Source of the DNA: Scenedesmus sp. PABB004
Lineage: Eukaryota
Assembly (NCBI GenBank): GCA_014905635.1
Contig: JABVCE010000010.1
Span: 1-64,000 of the forward strand
DNA: 64,000 nucleotides
Direction: 5' to 3'
Translations under genes and position numbers: made by a program
Notes under the pieces: generated by a model
Database searches by the model: none
Told to the model about the DNA's origin: nothing
Seen by the model: the letters and a program-made list of their open reading frames with translations, nothing else
Shown here: piece by piece, positions 55,686 through 64,000 of the stretch
How positions within the stretch are numbered: the first letter of the stretch is position 1
Layout of the letters: every line of letters begins with the position of its first letter

Positions 55686-58600
55686 ATGGAGCGCATGCGG
55701 CTGCGGCCGCTCGTGCTGCTCGCCGCGGCCTTGTTGCTGGGAGGCTGGACGGGCGGCCCACTGCGCGCGGCGGGCCAGGGGCTCGAGGCCTCCAGCGAGC
55801 AGCTCGGCGCCGGCGAAGCGGCGACCGCATCCGAGTTTGAGGTGTTTGAGGACGCGCTGTCCCTGGCTGCCCAGTCCACCGGCGGCCGTGGCAACGGCGG
55901 GCGTGGCGGCACCAACGTGGGCAGCACCACGTTCACCGATACAGACCGGCTCGCAGCCTTGCAGGTGCGGCGGGCGGTGCGGCGGGCGCACGCCGCATGC
56001 GCAGGCCGCCGGCGACAACCTGTGCGCCCCCGCCCGCTCACCGCCGCCGCCGACCGCAGCGCGGCGTGTACTACCTGGCAGGCGCGGCCAAAGAGTTTGG
56101 CACCTGTGCAGGCTTAGACGTGCGGTCGGGGCCGCGGCGCGAGGTCGTGCAGCGCCGGAGCGACTGCAACGCCTTTGTGCCGCCGCCGCGCGACCAGCAA
56201 GGTGCGCGGCGGCACCGCGCCGCCGCCGGCGCCGGCGCCGGCGCCGGTGCCCGCGCGCGCGCGCGCCGACGCGCACGGTGCGCGCCCCGCAGAGTGCAAC
56301 ACGTGCGTGTCTCAGTCTGTGGCGACCGCGATCAGCATGTCGGCGGCAGCGACGATGCAGACCGACCCGCGCAACTGGGACGCCAGCGCCTCCTCGCTCT
56401 TTTTTTGCACCGCCGGCGGCCGCAGCTGCAAGACGGGCTTCGACATCCAGGAGCAGCTGCACCAGGCGGTGCGCCAGGCGCACGCGGGCGCCGCGCGTGC
56501 TGCCCCCCTCCCCACGAGCGCGCTGACCCCGCCGTGCTCCTCCACTCCCTGTCCCCGCCCCGCGCCGCCACAGATAGACGTGGCGCCTCAGCTCATCCGG
56601 CCGACCAGCTGCCTGGGCACCGGCAGCCCGCTGAACGACGACGACGAGCAGGCGGGCCGCACAAACTGGGGCCCGGCCTGCAGCGCGGCCGAGGCAGCGT
56701 GCGCGGACGTGAGCGCCGCGCAGCCCTATCTCAACTGCACGTACAAGAGTCTGTCCACGTTTTGGCAAATCCAGCAGCACATCCGCATCCACGGCTCCGT
56801 GGTGTCCCGCATCAGCGTCTACGACGACTGGGAGGTCCAGTTCAACGCCAGCGCGCTCGACGTGGATGGCGAGGCGTGGCCGCCGTACCGGTACAACTCG
56901 AGCGCCAAGCCTGCATTTGGCCACGCGGTCGTGATCGTGGGATACAACAACACCGACTACACCTGGTGCGCGCGCCGCACGCCCTGCGCACGGGCGCGAG
57001 GCCGCCCGCGCAGCGCCCCCAGCAGCGCTCGCGCAGCGCGCGGCCCACGCGCGTGTCGCCGCCGCTCTGCGCTCCAACAGGCTCATCCTCAACAGCTGGG
57101 GCGGCGGGCGCACGCCGGGGCAGTCGCGCAGCAGCGGCGTGACGCGCGACGGCCTCGTCAAAGTCAAGATGGGCCTGGCCGGTGCGGCGGCCGCACCGCT
57201 GCGCGCTGCGCGCTGCGCGCGCCCAGGCGCGCTGCCAGCTCGCTCTGTGTGCTGAGCGCTGCGCGCTGCGCGCCCCGCCCGCCGGCGCCAGGCGTGGGCA
57301 CGCCCGACCAGACGTTTGGCGTGGAGTGCGCGCCGCCGTCTGGCGGCAAGCTCGACCCGCACCAGGTGGTGCCCTGGCAGCGGCCGCGGCCCGTGGAGCT
57401 GGTTGACCGGGGGCAGATCCTGGACCTCGACGCCCCCTGCGTGCAGTACCGCGTCGCGGCCGGCGACACCGCGGCGTCGATCGCCGAGGCGTTTGGCCTC
57501 GACATGCGGCGCTTTGTCAAGGACAACGCAGACGTGTGGGGCCCGCCGAGCAACGTGTCGTACGCGCTGTCGTCGGCCATCGCGCTCTCAAACGCCACGC
57601 TGGCCAAGGTGCTCAACGCGTCCGAGGCGGCGCTGCGGCGCGCCGGCGATCCGCCCCCAACCGTCAGCTGCACCTACTACGACGCGGCAGGCGCCGCGAC
57701 GCAGCTCACGTGCGACAACAGCACCGGGCCCGCCCCGTGCACGCGGCTGGGGCGCGGCACGGTGGGGTGCAAGCTGTCCTATTTGGACGCCAACGTCACC
57801 GCCAAGCTGCCGCCGCGCACGCCGGTCAAGGTGTGCGGCATCAGCCAGCTGTCCGACCCAGCCCGGTTCTACGCCGTCGCCGCGTTTGCGGACCCGGAGG
57901 TTGCGCAGATCCGCGCGCTGCTGGGCATCATCAAGGCGTTGGTGCCCCGCTACGAGCCGCCGGCCAAGGCGTCGTCGCTCAGCGCGTGGCTGTGCGCGAG
58001 GGACGACGACCCGGGCTCCGGACTTGGCTACTTGGGGGGAGACATGCCAGGTGGCGGGTCTGTGTTTCTGTCTGTGCGCTCGAGCTACGCCAACCCGCCC
58101 TGCCCCAACGGCACCGCCATCCGGACCCGGTCCATCTACATGGATGTCGAATCAAACGGCGACGCGCGCAGCCCGCAGGTCGCCTTCACCCCCGCCCTGC
58201 TTGCGCCCCTGCTGAGCCTCAGGGGCTGGCTCGAGTCGTTTACGATGATGAGCATCGAAGCCGGCTTGCCGGGCATGGAGCTGCCGCCACAGCTGGGCGC
58301 GCTGTCCCGGCTGAGGAGCATGCAGGTGGAGAGCTCGTGCCTTGTCGGCACCTTGCCCCCCACCTGGCTGCTCGGCTGGCGGAGCATGGCTGAGCTCACC
58401 GTCCGCTCACCGTCGGAGGGCGACTATGGCCTGCCGCCCGAGCCTGGCTGCGGGATCACCGGCACCATCCCGCGCGCGTGGTTCTCAAGCGGCGCGGCGT
58501 TGAAGACGCTCAACCTGGGCAACCAGCAGCTCTCTGGCTCGCTCGATGCCTACCCCTTCACAGCGTTCAAGCGCCTGCAGGACCTGACGGTGCGCAGCGC

Positions 58601-61312
58601 CCTCCCGTGCGGCAGCCGCCCCCTCCCCTCTCAAACATACACGCACGCAGGGCCACGCCGCGCCCGCAGCGCGCACACCTCACTCGCCACTCGCCGTGCT
58701 CACCGCCACCCTGTTCGGCCCACAGGTCCGCGGCAACACGTTCTCTGGCACGCTCCCACCCGACTGGGCCAGCATGACGCTGCTCCAGAACCTGGACGTG
58801 TCTGACAATCGGCTGCAGGGCACCGTGCCAGCGGTGTGGGCCAACTTTGGCGAGGCCGTCCGGATCTCTCTTGAGAACAACGCCGACCTGAGCGGCTGCC
58901 TGCCGTTCAGTGAGCGATTCCGCAACCCCGTTGCTTACGGCGGCACGGGCATCACGGGCGGCTGCGGCCTGGACCCCAGCGAGGCTGGGCAGTGGGGCGC
59001 GCTCAACACGACGCTGCGGGCGCTGCTGCTGCCGGGCGCGGGCGCCAGCGCGACCGCCGAGTTTGATGCGTTGATGGTCAAGCTCAACCCCCTGGGCAAG
59101 TGGGCGCCGAAAGAGCTTTTATATGGCACATACGTGTCCGTTGACCACAAGATTGACCAGATGCCTACATTGTCCGTGTTCTTGCAGTCAATCGGCGGCG
59201 TGGCCAGCGTCACCGGCGTTCGAGCGGAGCACGACTGGGGCCTGAACCTCACGCGCCTGCCCACGCTGGTGGCACAGCTGCCGCGACTGGGGTGGGTTCA
59301 ATTTGACAACCTCACGCTCAACACGCCTAGCACACCTGGCCACGACCCGCGCGACCTGGTGCTGCCGCCAGACCTGGCGACGCGTGCGCACGCCGAGTTT
59401 GGAGCGCTGACTGTGAACAACTGCGGGCTGCGCGGCACGCTGCCGCAGTGGGCCAACTGGACCACCATTCGATCCTTGGACTTTGCTGAAAACGCACTCA
59501 CCGGGCCCTTGCCGACTGAGTGGAAGGACTTCAAGTCCATGACCATGCTGGACGTGTCAGGCAACGACTTGGAGGGCAGCCTCCCGCCCGAATGGGGCGC
59601 GGCGCAGGTCGTACCGCCCGGTCTGCGAGTGATGGTCAACCGCAACGCCCGCCTCACGGGGTCGGTGCCAGTGTCGTGGGGGCGGTTCCGGGGTGATGAT
59701 GACTTTGGTGGCCAAGTCTATATGTTCAACACCAGCATCACCGGCTGCTCGCCACTCGCGAGCTACGTGCTCAACAGCACCGACGGCATCAACTTCAACG
59801 TTGTGCCAGCGTGCTCAAAGTCTGAGAACGACGCCGTCGCGGCGCTGCGGGCGGTGCTGCGCAGCGGCGCCAGCGTGGAGCAGCGCGCTGCCAACGCGGC
59901 AGCGCTGGCGTCGTGGTCCGGCCGCGTGACCGGTGAGGCACCTGGCAGGCGCAGCCAGCCAGCCAGCACCCAACCGCCCGCGTCTGTCTCACAGCCCGCA
60001 CTGCTCGCCAACCCGCCACGCTGCCCGCAGGTGACCTCCCGTGGAATCAAAGGAACGCCCCCCCTGCCTACTGCAAAGGCTGGGCGGGCATCATGTGCGA
60101 CGCGGCCAACCGCGTCGTCCGGCTGGACCTGGCGGGCCTGCGGCTGAACCTGGCCCCTCTGACGCTTCAGCAGCTCACCACGCACATTGCCAACCTGCCG
60201 GCCCTGCAGACGCTCGTGCTTGCGGGCCTAGGGCTGCAGGGGAGCCTGGCAGCAGCTGCAGCCGACATCGCAGCGCTGGCTGAGTTGCGCACGCTCAATA
60301 TCAGCGCCAATGCCGGCATCGCCGGCGCGCTGCCTGCCGGCCTGGCGACTGCGACGTCGCTGGAGGTGCTGGATGTGTCGGGCTGCAGCCTCGCCGGCCC
60401 GCTGCCCAAAGCCTTTGCCATGCTGCAGCGGCTGCGCACGCTGCGGCTGGCGGGCAATCGCGGCGTCAACGGCACCATCCCGCTGGCCTGGGGCATCATG
60501 AAAGCCCTGGAGGAGCTCGACGCCACAGGGTGCAGCCTCAGCGGGCCGCTGCCCGTGGGGTGGGCGAAGCCAACAGCGGCAGCCGCGGCTGCGCGGCAGG
60601 CGCTCGCCGGCGGCGGCGCCCGTGCATCGTCCGCGGGTGCTGCTGGCGTGCGGCCGGCTGCCAGCGGCGGCCCGCTGATGGCGGGGCTGCGCGTGCTGCG
60701 GCTGGCGGGCAACAACCTCACCGGGGGGCTGCCCCCCGGGCTGACCGCGTTCAGGCAGCTCACCACCATTGATGTGGCGGGCAACCGCGGCCTGGGCGGC
60801 AGCCTGCCTGAGGCCTGGGCCTATCTCGCAAACCTCCAGGTGCGCGCGCGGGAGCGGGGCGGCCGCGGCACGCACGGGGGCGGCGGCCCTGCGCAGCATG
60901 CTGACCGCCGCCGCCGCCGCCGTTGCCGCCGCCGCCGCAGGAGCTGCGCCTGTCCGGCTGCGGGCTCACCGGGCGGCTGCCCTTTGCATGGTCCGCGCTC
61001 ACCGACCTGCGCGTGCTGGACGTGTCTGACAACGCGCTCACCGGGCGGCTCGTGCCGACGTACGGCGCGCTCACGCAGCTGCAGCGCCTGGGGCTCGCGT
61101 CCAACGGCTTCAGCGGCGCGGTGCCGCGCCAGTGGGTGCCGCTGCGCGGCTGCCCCGCGGGCGCCATTGACCTGCGCGACAGCCCCTGTATGGGCGCAGG
61201 CTTGAGCTCGAGTGTGCTTGCAGCGGGGCTGGGCGGCGTCGTGCAGCTGGACAGCACGCCCAGTGCGCGGCCCTGCCCTGCAACGCCGCCCGCCGCCGCT
61301 GGGGGTCGGTGA
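55686..61312 (+). CDS. Secreted papain-family (C1A) peptidase + LysM + plant-type LRR protein; 9 exons
   Basis: Signal peptide, then PRDQQECNTCVSQS, FGHAVVIVGY and LILNSWG. LysM-like YRVAAGDTAASIAEAFGL follows, then many LxxLDVSxNxLxGxLPxxW repeats and an LRR-cap-like YCKGWAGIMCD. Eight GT-AG introns. Confidence 0.88.
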
Positions 61313-61720
61313 CGTGGGGTGGGGTGTGGCCCAGCATGGGGTGGGGCGGTGCGTGAATATGAGGGCGGGCATTGCACGGGGATGTGCTACTTTGATCACA
61401 ACCACCAAACTCGTGGATCATAACAAACACGCGCGTGCGGCGACCATCGCTGACCGCGCCTGCGGGCGGCGGGGCGCCGTCGTGCGCCACTGGACCGGCT
61501 CAGTCCCCCGCGCTGCCCAATGAAACGCCGGGCGAGCGGGCGAGCTCGGGCGCGCCCTGGAAAGCGCGCTGCCGCACATGTGCTGAGCGATGCGGGCGCA
61601 GACGCGCCGCACACGGGTGTCTTATGGGGCGGTGAGCGCATTGACCTCCCGTGCGATGCCACGTATGTGTGCCGCACTGCTCTTGTGACTGCTAGAAGCA
61701 TCTCTAAGGGGCGGAGGCTG

Positions 61721-61725
61721 TGTAA
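61721..61725 (+). promoter_or_regulatory. Candidate poly(A) signal TGTAA
   Basis: TGTAAC about 410 bp downstream of the stop at 61312. Confidence 0.5.
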
Positions 61726-62000
61726 CAAGAGCCTTGGACTAGACGTCGCGCGGCGGCGCGCGGCGTCTGCGGTTCAACTCCGCGGCTGGCCCGCCGTAAG
61801 CCACCCTGCCTGAACCTTGGCGGCGACCCACGCGCACGCAGATCACCACGCGGATGCAGCGGTGCGCGCAGCCCCCTCTCCCCGCTGACATCCAGCGTTC
61901 ACAGCCGCACACCGCGCTCAAACGTCGATTGAATGCCGTCGCGCACCGCTCTGCCGCACGCGCTGGTCAGTCAAACCCTGCGCTCACACCGCGGCCGGCC

Positions 62001-64000
62001 TCACAGGTCCATTGAGCGCGCGAGCGCGCAGAGCGCGCGGCCCCGCCGCACGGGCGGGCGCGGGCTGCCGGTGCGGTCAGCGCTCGCCGGCCGCCGGCTG
62101 CACACCTGGGCGCGCGCGCCCGCGACCCCCTGCTGCACCGCCGCTGCGCCGGCCGCCTGGCCCCAGTGCGAGAGGCTCATCGAGAGCGGGCCGTGGCCGT
62201 GCGGGCTGCGCGCCCCGGAGCCGGGCAGCGCGGGCGGCGACGCGCAGGGGGCGAGCAGCCGCTCCGCGCTCGCGACCGAGCTCGCGACGCTCGCCGCGCT
62301 CGCCATGGCGTGCAGGCCGTCGCCGTGCCCGGGCGTCGCGCCGGGCTCATGCGCCGCGCCCGCACCCGCTGCCGCCGCGGCCGCCGCGACCTCGGCGACG
62401 CGCGGGCCGGGAAGCACGCCCGGCAGCGCCGCCAGCAGCTGCGCCAGCTGCGCGCCCGCCGCGGGGCAGCTCGCGCTGGCGGCGGCGAGGCGCTGCACCA
62501 GCTTGAGCACGATCGCCAGCAGCGTGCCCTCGGGCAGCGCCGCCAGCTTGTGCAGCACGCGCACCACGAGCTCTGGGCTCGTGCCCAGAGAGCGGGCCAG
62601 CATGCCGCTCACCGTCGTGGCCGCGGACGCCGCTGCCGCCTCGCCGCGTGGGCGGCCCGCCGGCGGCGCGCCCGGGCACGCGGGGGGCCGGTGCCGCTGC
62701 CGCGGCCGCGCAGCCGCGGCAGGCTCCTCCTCCATCTCCAGCGGTGCCGCCATGCTGGGCTGCCGGTCGGCGATGGCTGGGCGCGTGACCGAGGCCTCCG
62801 CGTCGAGCCGGAAGCCTGACGTGGGCGACAGACCGCGTGGCCCCGGCGGCGCAGCGGCGGCCGCAAACGCGCTTGCCGCCGCCGACGCCGCCGCCGTGCG
62901 CGCCACGGGGCTGCGCGGGCTGCCCAGCGCCGACGCCGCAGCGGCGGCCGCGAGCGTGATGCGGCAGCCCGCGCCGCCGCCGCCGCGCCCCTGCGGCGCG
63001 GGCGCAGCGGGGATGCGGCTGCCCTGCCTGCTCCCAGCGCGCGCGGCGGGCGGCGCGCCGGGCACGCGGCTCAAGCCGGCGGCGGGCGCAGGCCTGGGGC
63101 GCGGCGCCTGCCGCAGCGCGGCGGCCCCGCCGTCCTTGGCCGCAACGACGGCGCTGACCGCCGACGCCAGCGCGGTGGCGGCGGCCGCGGCCGTCGACAC
63201 CGCCCGGTTGAGGCTGGCGACTGCGTCTGGCGGCGCGGGGGGCGCGTCTGCAGGCTTGGGTGGCCCGGCACGCCTGACGCCAGCCGGCCTGGCGCTCGCC
63301 GACGCCGCAGGTGCAGGCCGCGCGGCGCCGGCGCCGGGGGCGGCGGCGGCGGGGGGCTGGCCCTGCCGCGCGCCCGAGCCGCGGGCGGCTGCCGGTCGGG
63401 GCAGGGCGCCTGCGCCTCGCCGCCGCCGGGCTGCGGGCGGCTGCTGCGCGCCAGGCGCTCGCCGTAGCTGCCCGTCGCCGCGGCTTTGTCCGCCGCCGCG
63501 CGGCTGGGCGGCGAGGGCAGCCCCGCAAAGCGCTGGTGCTTGAACCGCGCGGCGTAGCCCGCCGCGCCCAGCTGCGCGCGCGCCGCAGCGGCCGCACCAA
63601 GCGCGGCGCTGCCGCAGCTCGACTGCGCAGACAGGCCGCCCTCGGGCGCCGGCGCGGGGTGCGGCGCCTCGGGCGCCGCCTCGGGCGCCGCCTCGGGCGC
63701 CGCCTCGGGCGCCGCCTCGGGCTGCTGCACCGCGCCGCCGCCCGCTGGCCGCTCCGCGGGCTCGGCGGCCTCGGCGGCGCCGGCCCCGCTGGCGCTGTCG
63801 ACGGGCCGCCTCCCGCCCGCCGTGCTGCTGCGCTTGCTGGCGCCGGGGCTGGCCAGCTTGACCGCGCCCGGGCGCCGCCGGCGGCTGCCGCCGACCTTCT
63901 GGCTCGCCAGCAGGTGCAGGATCTCCTGCCGCGCCGCCTCGACGTCGCCCCAGCCTTGCCCCGCGCCGGCGGCGCCGCGGCGCGCCGCGGCGCGGCCGTC
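62001..64000 (-). CDS. 3' part of a hypothetical low-complexity protein (continues beyond window)
   Basis: Coding-like segments DVEAARQEILHLLASQK and MLARSLGTSPELVVRVLHKLAALPEGTLLAIVLKLVQRL, stop at 62001. The junction near 63300-63420 is unresolved. Confidence 0.5.
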   Translation of the reverse strand, partial: RPRRGAPRRRRRGARLGRRRGGAAGDPAPAGEPEGRRQPPAAPGRGQAGQPRRQQAQQHGGREAARRQRQRGRRRRGRRARGAASGRRRGAAARGGARGGARGGARGGARGAAPRAGARGRPVCAVELRQRRAWCGRCGARAAGRGGLRRAVQAPALCGAALAAQPRGGGQSRGDGQLRRAPGAQQPPAARRRRGAGALPRPAAARGSGARQGQPPAAAAPGAGAARPAPAASASARPAGVRRAGPPKPADAPPAPPDAVASLNRAVSTAAAAATALASAVSAVVAAKDGGAAALRQAPRPRPAPAAGLSRVPGAPPAARAGSRQGSRIPAAPAPQGRGGGGAGCRITLAAAAAASALGSPRSPVARTAAASAAASAFAAAAAPPGPRGLSPTSGFRLDAEASVTRPAIADRQPSMAAPLEMEEEPAAAARPRQRHRPPACPGAPPAGRPRGEAAAASAATTVSGMLARSLGTSPELVVRVLHKLAALPEGTLLAIVLKLVQRLAAASASCPAAGAQLAQLLAALPGVLPGPRVAEVAAAAAAAGAGAAHEPGATPGHGDGLHAMASAASVASSVASAERLLAPCASPPALPGSGARSPHGHGPLSMSLSHWGQAAGAAAVQQGVAGARAQVCSRRPASADRTGSPRPPVRRGRALCALARSMDL
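63664..63722. repeat. 12-bp tandem repeat (encodes EAAP x4-5 on minus strand)
   Basis: (GGCGCCGCCTCG)n visible directly. Confidence 0.8.

Overview
This is the left end of a eukaryotic chromosome from a very GC-rich green alga (chlorophyte, inferred from the plant-type telomere, BLD10, a plastid S5 with an acidic extension and GTGCG-type splice donors). A (CCCTAAA)n telomere at 1-~220 is followed almost at once by about 22 tightly packed, mostly multi-exon genes. Most long ORFs in the supplied track are GC-content artefacts, so I rebuilt genes by hand from GT/GC-AG junctions and protein motifs. Main points: (1) about 19 of roughly 100 introns use a GC donor, always as AG|GCGCG; (2) a starch-binding set of two CBM48-CBM48-CBM25-like/sucrose-phosphatase-like HAD paralogs plus a starch-synthase-4-like coiled coil/CBM protein; (3) a secreted papain-LysM-LRR chimera; (4) an F-box protein with a cullin-repeat-like C-terminus; (5) a subtilase with all catalytic residues replaced; (6) a probable gene-conversion tract, intron included, between neighbouring DHX33 and DHX16 helicases; (7) telomeric repeats next to 3' splice sites. 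Family assignments come from motif recognition, not database searches.
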